This document shows positions 38,707 to 48,360 of a stretch of 63,463 bases of DNA, piece by piece. Source of the stretch: an uncultured Nitrososphaerales archaeon (GTDB lineage Archaea; Thermoproteota; Nitrososphaeria; Nitrososphaerales; JACAEJ01). How positions within the stretch are numbered: the stretch's first letter is position 1; every line of letters starts with the position of its first letter. The stretch lies in assembly GCA_938091495.1 (NCBI GenBank), contig CALLJF010000021.1, forward strand, positions 1 through 63,463, read 5' to 3'. Below the pieces are notes generated by a model that saw only the letters and a list, made by a program, of their open reading frames with translations, was not told the origin of the DNA and ran no database searches. A program made the position numbers and the translations under genes.

Positions 38707-39498
38707 ATGTCAAAGTCGGACAATTATGTTAAAGCTGGAGACAATGTAGTAATCTACTTTACGGATAAGAAGAAGTGGTTAGTAAGAGCTAAAGCTGATG
38801 AAAAGCTTCATACACATCTAGGATACATAGAATTAGGCTCTACTATAGGAAAAGAGTACGGCTCATCTGTAAAAACAAGCTTGGGAGAGAGATTTTGGAT
38901 ACTCAAGCCAACCATAATTGATCTAATCCTTAAGGCTGAGAGGAAGACCCAGATAGTTTATCCTAAGGATCTTGGAATGATAGCAAGTATGACTGGCATA
39001 TCTTCTGGCTTCACAGTTGTAGAAGCTGGCACTGGTAGTGGTGTGCTTACAACTTTCCTTGCCAATTTGGTAAAGCCTGACGGTCATGTATTCTCATATG
39101 AGATTAGGCCTGAATTCATAGAGATGGCGAGAAAGAACATAGACAGGGCTGGTCTGAGTGATTTTGTCACCATTAAGCAGAGTGATGCAAAGAAAGGCTT
39201 TGATGAGAAAGATGTGGACGCTGTGATAATAGACGTAGGCGATCCTTGGACTTTGGTAAGAGTTGCATGGGAGGCTCTAAAAGGTGGAGGAGTCATTGCT
39301 TCTGTATCTCCAACAATGAACCAGGTTGAGAAACTAGTGGCTGAGCTTGCTAATGTTGGTTTTGTGAAAATAGAAAGCTTAGAATTGCTATTAAGAAATC
39401 TTGAAGTAAGAACTGGTATGACAAGGCCTTCTATGAGGATGATAGGACATACTGCATATCTTACATTCGCAAGAAAGATAATAATGCATGAAGTGTAA
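38707..39498 (+). CDS. trmI: tRNA (adenine57/58-N1)-methyltransferase
   Basis: R.TQIVYPKD, VVEAGTGSG.LT, YEIRPEF, V...P...QV and R....M..HTAYL motifs; start refined to ATG 38707. Confidence 0.93.
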   Translation: MSKSDNYVKAGDNVVIYFTDKKKWLVRAKADEKLHTHLGYIELGSTIGKEYGSSVKTSLGERFWILKPTIIDLILKAERKTQIVYPKDLGMIASMTGISSGFTVVEAGTGSGVLTTFLANLVKPDGHVFSYEIRPEFIEMARKNIDRAGLSDFVTIKQSDAKKGFDEKDVDAVIIDVGDPWTLVRVAWEALKGGGVIASVSPTMNQVEKLVAELANVGFVKIESLELLLRNLEVRTGMTRPSMRMIGHTAYLTFARKIIMHEV

Positions 39499-39530
39499 AG
39501 GTTAAATCCATATCATAACATCGCTTAAAT

Positions 39531-40178
39531 GTGAACGAATTGGACAGGTTAGAAATGATTGAAGATACAATTTTTATCCTGTACCTATCTCCTTTACTGA
39601 TCAATGGTTTATATGCTCTTTACCTCTCATTTGCTCTAAACTTGCCTCCATCCGATGTTTATCTTGGAGTTGCCAATAATATTATCATCTTACTAGCAAG
39701 CGTACTAGTAGTACTCATAGCGTTAGTAATGGAGGTAAGGATCAGTCCCAAAGACACTAGGATCAAGAAGATAGAAGAAAATGTCTCAAGAATGAGAATT
39801 CTGGCATTCTTATTCATAATTTTATCTCTCGTTTCTGTTTTCGTTGCAAGTGGCTACTCTTCTGACATGTTCAAAACTCTTGACCTTTATTTGGAAGGAA
39901 GATATGCTATACTATACCCTCTTTTTCTACTAGCTTTGTCTTTCGTTTTATCTCCTTTAATAACGCATTTCTTCAAATTCTCTTTGATAATCTTCGAGAT
40001 AATTCCTATCGTTTTGATGACAGCATCTCCTTTGTTGCTCTATATCCTTTGGCGCATGGGATTGTCCTACAGTATCATTTTCTCCATTTCTCTTCTAACG
40101 TTCATAGCAGGTGTTGCCTTATTCTTGTATGGCTTAAGAGTTGAGGGAAAGAGTAAAACTGCATCTATATCATCTTAA
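39531..40178 (+). CDS. Multi-pass membrane protein, unknown function
   Basis: About six hydrophobic segments; no recognised motif. Confidence 0.7.
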   Translation: MNELDRLEMIEDTIFILYLSPLLINGLYALYLSFALNLPPSDVYLGVANNIIILLASVLVVLIALVMEVRISPKDTRIKKIEENVSRMRILAFLFIILSLVSVFVASGYSSDMFKTLDLYLEGRYAILYPLFLLALSFVLSPLITHFFKFSLIIFEIIPIVLMTASPLLLYILWRMGLSYSIIFSISLLTFIAGVALFLYGLRVEGKSKTASISS

Positions 40179-40217
40179 AATTTAGTTAATGCATTTGTTC
40201 AAAGTAAGCAGTTTGTC

Positions 40218-40598
40218 TTAATCTTTACTTAATCTTACAACATCTTCTAAAAGAATCTCTAAAAAAGACAAGTATTCAGAATCCTGAAATTCGATAACAT
40301 CGTAGGCATTCATTTGCTTTGCCATTCTTAACGCTAATATATGGTAGCAGACATCATCCTTTCCACTGAGCACTCGATAATAAAAGTGCTTGCATGAGCA
40401 GTAAGGTTGTGAATCGTCGACTAGCTGATCTCCTTCTTTTCCAACGACTGTCCATATTTCACGCTTGCTTGGAGAGAACTTATGGAGCTTTACGCTCTTA
40501 TCTTCCATAAGTTTTAGAGCCTTTTCTAACTTTTTGCCATAGCAACCATATTTGGCATAGAATTCTTCGTAATTCGATTTAGAGATCAATGGAACCAA
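40218..40598 (-). CDS. SWIM zinc-finger protein
   Basis: YCSCKHF...VCYHILA (CxC..CxH). Confidence 0.85.
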   Translation of the reverse strand: MVPLISKSNYEEFYAKYGCYGKKLEKALKLMEDKSVKLHKFSPSKREIWTVVGKEGDQLVDDSQPYCSCKHFYYRVLSGKDDVCYHILALRMAKQMNAYDVIEFQDSEYLSFLEILLEDVVRLSKD

Positions 40599-40700
40599 TC
40601 ATCCATCAATAGTATGTAAATATATGCTCAATTAAATGAAATTTTAAGATCGTGATGATAAAGCAAAACAAATAAGCATAGCCTTTTTAGCCTTAAATTA

Positions 40701-40785
40701 GCCCCGGTAGCTCAGCTGGAAGAATTTATCCAATAGCGATTGCCTTGTAAGCAGTAGGTCGCGGGATCGAGACCCGCCCGGGGCT
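40701..40785 (+). tRNA. tRNA-Thr(TGT) with a 12-nt intron at 22/23 (40723-40734)
   Basis: Acceptor GCCCCGG/CCGGGGC, anticodon arm ATTGC CT TGT AA GCAGT; BHB central helix TGGA/TCCA with AGA/ATA bulges; T-loop ATCGAGA. Confidence 0.9.
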
Positions 40786-40824
40786 TTAAAAAGAAATCTT
40801 ATATAACAAACAGTCAAACCTAAA

Positions 40825-41169
40825 ATGAAAATGAGTTACAAAGAAGGTTTCATGATAGTTACAACGCCCAGTGTTCCAGGCTATCATATAAAGAAAGTTT
40901 TAGGAATTGTCTCAGGCCTGACTGCAAGGACAAGAGGAGCGGGTGGAAAGTTTGTTGCTGCTATACAATCCATACTAGGAGGGGAAGTATCTGCCTTCGC
41001 TTCAGAGCTTGAGAAGGCGAGAATCGAAGCTATAGAAAGGGCTAAAGAGAATGCAAGGAGAATGGGCGCAAATTCAATAGTAGGTCTTGATATAGAGACT
41101 TCAGAGGTTTTTGAAGGGGTTGTAGTGATCTCTGCAACAGGCACAGCAGTAATAATAGAGCCAGAATAA
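40825..41169 (+). CDS. YbjQ/UPF0145-family protein
   Basis: MIVTT..VPGY.I..VLGIV.G, LE.AR.EA.ER....A...GAN..VG and ATGTAV motifs. Confidence 0.93.
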   Translation: MKMSYKEGFMIVTTPSVPGYHIKKVLGIVSGLTARTRGAGGKFVAAIQSILGGEVSAFASELEKARIEAIERAKENARRMGANSIVGLDIETSEVFEGVVVISATGTAVIIEPE

Positions 41170-41185
41170 CCTAGTAATTGAAATC

Positions 41186-41995
41186 TTAACTCTCCGTCCA
41201 TGTATCTAATGGCTTAAAAGTTTCCAAAAGCTTGATCCTCATCCCATCTACTGCTGCTATGGTATCAACTCCTGTAACCTTTGCCATCCTCTCAGCCTCC
41301 TTTTCAGGAGGGGCCCTTAACATCTTAACACCGAAATGTGTGATCAAAACCTTTTTTGGAGATATAATCTTGACCATCTTAATTGCATCGTCTATGCATA
41401 GATGATAAGGAAATTTTTCGTTGCCAGGTCTTAAAACACTTAGAATCAAGAGATTAGGATGTTCGGCGCCTTTTATTATTTCTTCGTTGAACTCTGTATC
41501 TGGAAAGTAGGATATTGGGTGCTTTCCATCATCCAATCTAAAGCCTATAGCATAAGGGTCTGTATGAAGGGTCTTTAAGGCTTTTATCTTGATCTTATCA
41601 TAAACTATAGTATCGCCAGCTATCATAGATTTGACGACTTTAGGTAGGCGCTTATGATAAATAGAAATGGCAGGATGCCCCAAATCGTTTACATGCTCCA
41701 AAACGCTCTTCGCTCCAACCAATAGCCCTCTCTTTACATTCGCTCCTCTTGTGGCTGCTTCTATGTAGATTTCAGCATCAGTGTAATGGTCTGGATGCCT
41801 ATGAGAGATTAATACGCCTTTTACTGAGAAGGGATTCAGACCCATTTGATTAAAGTGAGATATAGAGCCAGGACCAGGGTCTATTACGAATATGCCATCA
41901 TCTATGATAAACGCTAGTCCGCCAGTTCTTCTCTCTTGCTTTATGGTAACCATCCTGCTTCCTCCGCTACCTAATACGATTAGTTCTCTTATCAT
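41186..41995 (-). CDS. Metallo-beta-lactamase-fold hydrolase
   Basis: VLGSGG, IDPGPGS, ISHRHPDH, YFPDT and ITHFG motifs. Confidence 0.9.
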   Translation of the reverse strand: MIRELIVLGSGGSRMVTIKQERRTGGLAFIIDDGIFVIDPGPGSISHFNQMGLNPFSVKGVLISHRHPDHYTDAEIYIEAATRGANVKRGLLVGAKSVLEHVNDLGHPAISIYHKRLPKVVKSMIAGDTIVYDKIKIKALKTLHTDPYAIGFRLDDGKHPISYFPDTEFNEEIIKGAEHPNLLILSVLRPGNEKFPYHLCIDDAIKMVKIISPKKVLITHFGVKMLRAPPEKEAERMAKVTGVDTIAAVDGMRIKLLETFKPLDTWTES

Positions 41996-42076
41996 TACAA
42001 ATGTATTGTCTGAATCTATTATTAGCCTTTTAGAAAATAGAAACTGTTATTTTATGGCGCATAGAATAATATTTAA

Positions 42077-42149
42077 GCCGAGGTGACGGAATCTGGTTAC
42101 GTACCCGCCTGCAGAGCGGGTTATAGGGGTTCAAATCCCCTCCTCGGCT
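42077..42149 (+). tRNA. tRNA-Cys(GCA) #2, intronless
   Basis: Acceptor GCCGAGG/CCTCGGC, U73, anticodon arm CCCGC CT GCA GA GCGGG, T-arm AGGGG TTCAAAT CCCCT. Confidence 0.93.
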
Positions 42150-42231
42150 CTCATATACGGACTCAAATAATCTGCTCTCCTTGCCTTTGTGCCGTAAGAA
42201 TTATAAATGAAAGAATTTTAAAATATCAATC

Positions 42232-42603
42232 ATGAAGATCGAACTTTTGTATATCTTGGATTGTCCTTGGTGTGTAAAAACTAAAGAATTAATTAGAGAA
42301 AGCTTGAAAGAACTTAAAATAAAGGCTAATATCGAAGAGATTCTGATCGATACCAGTGAGAAAGCAAGAAAATATCATTTTGTTGGCTCACCGACTATCA
42401 GGATTGACGGGAGAGATGTTCAGGAAGAAGTTAGCAAGGGCAGGTGTTTGTCTTGTGAGGAAATTGCTGAACATACTCAAGGAGCGACAGAATTTGTAAA
42501 ACAAGAATGTGGTTGTGGATGCAGGATTTATTTTTATAAAGGCAAACAGTATCCTTATCCGCCAAAAGAAATGATTAAAGAGGTTATTAAGAAACATATG
42601 TAA
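42232..42603 (+). CDS. Thioredoxin-fold protein (DUF2703-like), CPWC motif
   Basis: MKIELLY..DCPWC, F.GSPTIRIDGRDV and CRIY...PP..MI motifs. Confidence 0.75.
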   Translation: MKIELLYILDCPWCVKTKELIRESLKELKIKANIEEILIDTSEKARKYHFVGSPTIRIDGRDVQEEVSKGRCLSCEEIAEHTQGATEFVKQECGCGCRIYFYKGKQYPYPPKEMIKEVIKKHM

Positions 42604-43083
42604 TTTTTAGGCATGCTTTGGCAAACGCCAAGCGAAACGAAGTTTTGCTTACCCTCCTCCCAATTGGGTCGTATAACATGCTCTGACAGTTTTTGAAACC
42701 GGATTCGCGTATACCTGCTCAGACCCAAGGCTCTCATAAAAAACCAATCAGAACCAAGGATGATAACTTACAATCGTATTCTTGGAGATAACCCTTCCCT
42801 TGACAAGCCGGTACAAGGCAGTTAGATGGTCTCTCACTCCTCTATCAATTAAGAAGTGCTTGGTTACAAATTCCTTTCCTCTCTTGTCCATCTTTTTTGC
42901 CTCCTTTAGATGTTTTAACAGGTAGAGAATTTTTCTGCAGCCTCTTGAACTGTAGAGATGAGAAAGTCATTCCAATCATCTTTTATCTGTAATGTCATCC
43001 CTCCCTACTCTTCCTGCTCCAACTAACTGGCTGTATCTCGATATTGGAGGCAGAGGTGGGAGGCCTATGGCTTTCATTTGTCA
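42604..43083 (-). pseudogene. Degraded gene remnant (fragmented coding-like frames)
   Basis: Short coding-like pieces in shifting frames (e.g. KILYLLKHLKEAKKMDKRGKEFVTKHFLIDRGVRDHLTALY..., MRALGLSRYTRIRF...); family not recognised. Confidence 0.35.
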
Positions 43084-43209
43084 TTTACTTCAATTTTACC
43101 TATTTTAAATTGGTACTCAAACTCTTTTGATTCAAGCAGAATTCCACAAAGATTATTTAAAAAACATACTTACAGATTAAACTGATTCCATCAAAGATTT
43201 GTGATAAAG

Positions 43210-44619
43210 ATGACTATAAGAGTCTATAATTCACACACAAGAAAGAAAGAAGATTTTAAACCTATTAGCGATAAAAAGGTAAGAATGTTTGTGTGCGGTC
43301 CAACTGTTTACGATCTCTCACATTTAGGGCATGCTAGGACTTATATTGCCTATGATGTAATTGCGAGATGGCTTCGCTACAGAGGATTTAACCTATTCTA
43401 CTTAATGAACATAACTGACATTGATGATAAGATCATCAAAAGAGCGAGAGAGAAAAATGAAGACCCATTAAAGTTAGCGCGAAGATTCGAAGAATCTTTC
43501 TTCCAAGATATTGCATCTTTGCAAATAGATACCATCGATGTTTATGCTCGTGCATCGGAGCATATGCCAGAAATCATAGATCAAATTGAGAGGCTGATCG
43601 AGAAGGGGTTTGCATACATTACTCAGACAGGGGTTTATTTTGATGTTTCTAAATTCGAGGATTACGGAAAATTATCTCATCAAGATCCTGAAGAGTTGAA
43701 GAGGCATAGAATCGAGCCCGATCCAAGCAAAAGAAACAAACAGGATTTTTCCCTTTGGAAGATGAGGAAAGAAGGAGAGCCTTATTGGAATTCTCCTTGG
43801 GGGGAGGGGAGACCAGGATGGCACATAGAAGATACTGCCATTGCTGAGAAGTATCTTGGTCAGCAGTATGATATCCATGGCGGCGGTATTGATTTAATCT
43901 TCCCTCATCATGAAGCAGAGATAGCCCAGATGGAATCCATCTCAGGGAAAAAACCCATGGTTAGGTATTGGCTCCATACAGGCTTTTTAAAAGTAGAAGG
44001 AAAGAAGATGGCAAAATCCTTAGGAAACTTTATCACGATTCAAGACGCATTAAAAAGATACGATGTAGAAGCATTGAGATTGTTCTTTTCATCAACTCAT
44101 TACCGTAGCCCTATAGATTTTCATGAGAAAAAAATAGAACAGGCCAAGACAGCTTTAGAAGCCCTTTATGAGACTATTAATAGCATTAGGAGATCAGTTA
44201 AGAGCATGGGTGATTTAACAGAGGATGAGAAGGCTTTAGAAAGAATGATAGAAGAGAGTAGAAGAAGATTTGGAGAAGCCATGGATAATGATTTTAATAC
44301 TCCCTTAGCATTATCCTGTTTGTTCGATTTGGCTAAATATGTGAACAGATTATTTGATACACAGAAGAGCATCAACAAAAGATTGGCTGACTATCTCATT
44401 AATACCTTTAGAGAGTTGGGAGGAATAATAGGCATACTTCAAAAAGAAGAGGTAAAAGAAGAACTTCCAGAGGAGTTAAGACTGCTTATAGAGGAAAGAG
44501 AGAGGGCAAGAGAAAGGAAGGATTGGAAGACTGCTGATGAAATAAGAAAAAAATTAGAAGAACTTGGAATAATTCTTGAGGATACCTCACAAGGCGTGAA
44601 ATGGAAAAAGAAGATATAG
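43210..44619 (+). CDS. cysS: Cysteinyl-tRNA synthetase (class I)
   Basis: CGPTVYD.SHLGHAR, GRPGWHIED, DIHGGG.DL.FPHHE.EIAQ and KMAKSLGN motifs. Confidence 0.97.
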   Translation: MTIRVYNSHTRKKEDFKPISDKKVRMFVCGPTVYDLSHLGHARTYIAYDVIARWLRYRGFNLFYLMNITDIDDKIIKRAREKNEDPLKLARRFEESFFQDIASLQIDTIDVYARASEHMPEIIDQIERLIEKGFAYITQTGVYFDVSKFEDYGKLSHQDPEELKRHRIEPDPSKRNKQDFSLWKMRKEGEPYWNSPWGEGRPGWHIEDTAIAEKYLGQQYDIHGGGIDLIFPHHEAEIAQMESISGKKPMVRYWLHTGFLKVEGKKMAKSLGNFITIQDALKRYDVEALRLFFSSTHYRSPIDFHEKKIEQAKTALEALYETINSIRRSVKSMGDLTEDEKALERMIEESRRRFGEAMDNDFNTPLALSCLFDLAKYVNRLFDTQKSINKRLADYLINTFRELGGIIGILQKEEVKEELPEELRLLIEERERARERKDWKTADEIRKKLEELGIILEDTSQGVKWKKKI

Positions 44620-44621
44620 TT

Positions 44622-45482
44622 TTAGCCTTTTCTTAGACCTCTCTCTGCTAAGACGATACCTATGAATGAAAATATGACCGCAAATGCTATAAGAACCTCA
44701 AAATTCAGAGCTATTCTTGAGACATCCAAACCAACGGAGGAGCTATGCAGTATAAAAGCTCTGACAAGGTCTGAGGCATATGAGATAGGGTTAACCTTCG
44801 CTATAGATTGTAACCAATCTGGCATCATGTTTATAGGGAATAGAGCACTGCTAGCGAACATAAGAGGTAAGTTGAGTAGGTTGATGACTGCCATATGTGC
44901 CTCCCAACTCTTTATTCTTATAGTCAAGGCTATGAAAAAGGATGAGAGCCCTAAGCTTAATAGAAAGAGCCCTGCGAAGACTCCTAGTAGGTCTAATACA
45001 TTAAAGGCATTTCCAGCTTTTAATCCAAAGGCAAAGGCTATGGAGAATACTAGAGCGACTTGAAAAAGACCTCTAATAACACTTGAAGTAACCTTTGCCA
45101 TGACTATGGAGCCTCGAGCTATAGGGGCAACTAAGAGCTTGTTGAGGAAGCCAAACCTTCTATCCCAGACTACAGACATGCCGCTGAACATCGAAGTGAA
45201 AAGTATTACTACAGAAAGCATCCCAGCAGCCATATAGGTAAAATAGTCTAAAGTCCCTCCAAAAATGCTTCCTATCGTCTGATTGAATATTACTCCTATT
45301 TGCTGAGTGATTTCTGGAGGTAGGTTCGATAATGGTATCTGAACCAATCCTGTAAGGTTAAAGGCTTGTCCAAATAGACCTAACCATATTACTGGCTGAA
45401 TGATCATCATGAAGACCAGTATAGGCTCTCTAATCCACTTCTTAACTTCACGAATTGTTAAAGCCCATATCTCAGATATCAT
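44622..45482 (-). CDS. ABC-2 type exporter permease
   Basis: DRRFGFLNKLLVAPI.R..I and P.W......NP..Y motifs; six TM segments. Confidence 0.92.
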   Translation of the reverse strand: MISEIWALTIREVKKWIREPILVFMMIIQPVIWLGLFGQAFNLTGLVQIPLSNLPPEITQQIGVIFNQTIGSIFGGTLDYFTYMAAGMLSVVILFTSMFSGMSVVWDRRFGFLNKLLVAPIARGSIVMAKVTSSVIRGLFQVALVFSIAFAFGLKAGNAFNVLDLLGVFAGLFLLSLGLSSFFIALTIRIKSWEAHMAVINLLNLPLMFASSALFPINMMPDWLQSIAKVNPISYASDLVRAFILHSSSVGLDVSRIALNFEVLIAFAVIFSFIGIVLAERGLRKG

Positions 45483-46474
45483 TGTCTTGCCCTTCTGATG
45501 TTCCTCATCATTCTCATGACTTCCTCACGGTTTCCTTCATTCTCCCTTAAAGATCTGCCAGTATACTCCAAGTATACCTGATCTAGTGTAGGCTTTATCA
45601 AAGAGACAGTGCTTACTTTCAAGTTCATCTTCAGAATGCCTTCAATTATGTTTGGTAGCGCCTCTTCGCCTTTAGCAACCTTTATCTTGTAAGTCTCGCT
45701 CTTTCTCTTGACATCTATCACATAAGGCATTTTAGCAATAGCTTCACTAAAATCCTTTGAATTATCGAATAAAGCCAGTTCTATAACATCCCCTCCTATA
45801 CCATCCTTGAGCTCCTTCGGCTTACCCAATGCTCTTATCTTCCCATAATCTATGATGGCAATTCTATTACACAAGGCATCGGCCTCTTCCATATAATGAG
45901 TTGTCATGAAGATGGTCATTCCACGCTCCTCTTTCAATTTCTTAATATAATCCCAAATTACAGTTCTAGTCTGGACATCCAATCCTAGAGTAGGCTCATC
46001 GAGAAAGAGAATCTTTGGATAGTGAATAAGTCCTTCAGCCAATTCCAGTCTTTTCCTCATGCCTCCTGAATAGGTCTCAACTTTCCTGTTCGCTGCATCC
46101 TCAAGTTCAACCAACCTTAATACTTCTTCTATCCTTTTCTTTGCAACATCTTTTGGTACATGATAGAGCATTGCCTGTAGCATCATGTTCTCCATCCCAG
46201 TTAAATCTTCATCAACGGTCAAATCTTGTGGCACTAACCCTATCAAGCTCCTCACTTTGTTGGCATCCTTTACTATGTCGAATCCAGCAACCTTTGCACT
46301 TCCTTCAGTAGGATTCATAAGAGTCGTGAGCATGTTTATGGTAGTAGTCTTACCTGCACCGTTTGGTCCGAGAAAGCCGAAGATCTCCCCCTCTTCTACA
46401 GCGAAGGATACGTGATCAACTGCAATTAACTTACCAAATACCTTTGTTAAATCCTTAGTTTCAATTATGGCCAT
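45479..46474 (-). CDS. ABC exporter ATP-binding subunit (DrrA-like)
   Basis: GPNGAGKTT, YSGGMRKRLE and LDEPTLGLD motifs. Confidence 0.95.
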   Translation of the reverse strand: MAIIETKDLTKVFGKLIAVDHVSFAVEEGEIFGFLGPNGAGKTTTINMLTTLMNPTEGSAKVAGFDIVKDANKVRSLIGLVPQDLTVDEDLTGMENMMLQAMLYHVPKDVAKKRIEEVLRLVELEDAANRKVETYSGGMRKRLELAEGLIHYPKILFLDEPTLGLDVQTRTVIWDYIKKLKEERGMTIFMTTHYMEEADALCNRIAIIDYGKIRALGKPKELKDGIGGDVIELALFDNSKDFSEAIAKMPYVIDVKRKSETYKIKVAKGEEALPNIIEGILKMNLKVSTVSLIKPTLDQVYLEYTGRSLRENEGNREEVMRMMRNIRRARQ

Positions 46475-46476
46475 TT

Positions 46477-46950
46477 TTAATCACCTTCAAGAAGAATTTT
46501 GCCTATCTTTTCTCTTGTTTCTTTAATAATGTCTTCTATCTTTTCAGTTTCTTTAGGGGTCAGATTCCAATAATTCGTGATAATTAATCTTGCAAGCCTT
46601 CTTAACTCTCTATTTAAGCTCATCCTTTCATGCCCGAAAATCTCATGCTTCTTTATGATATCTTCTATAGTTTCTTTTCTCTTTGCAATGAATTCTCTAC
46701 CCTTATCAGTAATGGAATAAATTCTCTTTCCAGACTCTTCCTTTACACTGACATAGCCTAAGTCTTCAAGCATTTGAAGAGTTGGGTAAACCAAACCAGC
46801 GCTAGGGGTATAAAACCCTGAGAATCTATCACAAATAGCCCTCATGATCTCATATCCATGCATAGGTCTATCCTTAAGCGTTTCAAGCATTATGTACTTG
46901 AAAGCTCCTTTCTCCATCAGTCGTCTTGCTCTAGGAAAGAAATGGAACAC
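46477..46950 (-). CDS. PadR-family transcriptional regulator
   Basis: L..RPMHGYEIM..I, Y.PSAG.VYPTLQMLED.G and K.Y.IT.KG motifs. Confidence 0.93.
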   Translation of the reverse strand: MFHFFPRARRLMEKGAFKYIMLETLKDRPMHGYEIMRAICDRFSGFYTPSAGLVYPTLQMLEDLGYVSVKEESGKRIYSITDKGREFIAKRKETIEDIIKKHEIFGHERMSLNRELRRLARLIITNYWNLTPKETEKIEDIIKETREKIGKILLEGD

Positions 46951-46958
46951 GTTATTAA

Positions 46959-46966
46959 GATATATC
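46959..46966. promoter_or_regulatory. Palindrome GATATATC, candidate PadR operator
   Basis: Lies between the minus-strand TATA (about 46973-46981) and the padR start codon. Confidence 0.35.
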
Positions 46967-47018
46967 GAAATATATTTAAATATTACTTTTAGAGGGTAAG
47001 TTTTCGGGTGGTTAATTT

Positions 47019-47309
47019 TTACTTCTTTTTCCTAAGCAGAAGGCGTAAGCCCCAATCAGTTACGAAACCGAGAATGAATGAGTCTACCATCAAGATAAAA
47101 AATGTAAGCGTTAAGAGAGGATTTCGGGGCAACTCATAAAAGATAAATATCGTGAGGAGAGCAAACCAAGGATTTTGAAGATACTGTGCTAGCTCCGAAG
47201 AGCCTGAATATGACCCAATCAGAAAGAAGACTGATGACGTGACATATATGAAAATAGACAGTCGCAAAGCTGAAAACTCTATCCACCTGATCTTACTCTT
47301 CCCATTCAT
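47019..47309 (-). CDS. Small membrane protein
   Basis: Two to three hydrophobic segments and a basic C-terminus. Confidence 0.55.
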   Translation of the reverse strand: MNGKSKIRWIEFSALRLSIFIYVTSSVFFLIGSYSGSSELAQYLQNPWFALLTIFIFYELPRNPLLTLTFFILMVDSFILGFVTDWGLRLLLRKKK

Positions 47310-47530
47310 TTCTAATAAGTACGCCTGATTATTTGATGACTCTAGGATAATAAGAATTACAGGATCAATTTCATGAGTTTGCGCTTACAGAGATGAGATA
47401 TTTGGTGAAAATAGCAATCCCTAAATAAAGGCTCATTCATAATAACCATAGTTATAAAGGGTTGAAAGAAAAATCGGTTAAAAAAAGTAAAGAAAATATA
47501 TAATCGAATTTGTACGTGATGTGTTAAAAT

Positions 47531-48070
47531 ATGATTGAAATTAGATGGCATGGGCGAGGTGGGCAAGGTGCAGTTACTGCTACAGAACTATTAGCCAAGG
47601 CTGCTGTCAAGCAAGGACTAAACGCTCAAGCTTTTGCTATGTTTGGACCTGAGAGGCGTGGTTCTCCAGTAGTAGCTTTTACAAGAATAGATAAAGAACC
47701 TATAGAAGTTAGATCTCATATTTACGAACCAGATATAGTGGTCACATTAGATCCGACTATCATAAACATTGTAGATATCTCCACTGGCTTAAAGCCCAGT
47801 AGTACTCTTGTGATAAACTCTAAATCCTCTCCAAAAGAACTAAAGAAATCTTTTCCTAATTTTAGAATTGCTACTGTCGATGCAACATCAATAGCCCTAA
47901 AAAGGCTGGGCGTACCTATAACAAACACTGTCATGCTAGGAGCCCTTGTGAAAGCAACAAAGATCGTAGAACTTAGTAATGTAGAGAAAGTCGTTTCTGA
48001 GAGGTTCAATCGAATTAATGTTGAAGCTGTAAAAGAAGCTTTTAATGAAACTGTCGTGCTGGAGGCTTAA
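47531..48070 (+). CDS. porC: Pyruvate/2-oxoacid:ferredoxin oxidoreductase gamma subunit
   Basis: IEIRWHGRGGQGAVTA, FGPERRG.PV and NT.MLGAL motifs. Confidence 0.93.
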   Translation: MIEIRWHGRGGQGAVTATELLAKAAVKQGLNAQAFAMFGPERRGSPVVAFTRIDKEPIEVRSHIYEPDIVVTLDPTIINIVDISTGLKPSSTLVINSKSSPKELKKSFPNFRIATVDATSIALKRLGVPITNTVMLGALVKATKIVELSNVEKVVSERFNRINVEAVKEAFNETVVLEA

Positions 48071-48072
48071 GG

Positions 48073-48357
48073 ATGGGAAGACTACCCAAATGGAACGAGA
48101 TGCAGGAAGGTTTCATAACCAATACTCTATCTGAATCCATCAATAAGACAGGCACTTGGCGCACTTTTAAACCAATTATAGATCACTCAAGATGCACCAA
48201 GTGTGGTTGGTGTGTGATTTACTGTCCTGAACCTTGTATTAGCTTCGAATCCTCAGGCGATGGTAAAGTAGTCATAGACTACGATTTCTGCAAAGGCTGT
48301 GGCATATGTGCTGAAGAATGCCCTATCAAGTGCATAGATATGGTCATGGAGGAGTAA
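48073..48357 (+). CDS. porD: 2-oxoacid:ferredoxin oxidoreductase delta subunit
   Basis: KTG.WRTFKP, CTKCGWCVIYCP and CKGCGICAEECP motifs. Confidence 0.93.
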   Translation: MGRLPKWNEMQEGFITNTLSESINKTGTWRTFKPIIDHSRCTKCGWCVIYCPEPCISFESSGDGKVVIDYDFCKGCGICAEECPIKCIDMVMEE

Positions 48358-48360
48358 AAG

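Noticed and set aside
47357-47566. 69-aa intergenic ORF upstream of the por operon
   Set aside because: No motif, and it overlaps the por promoter and start.
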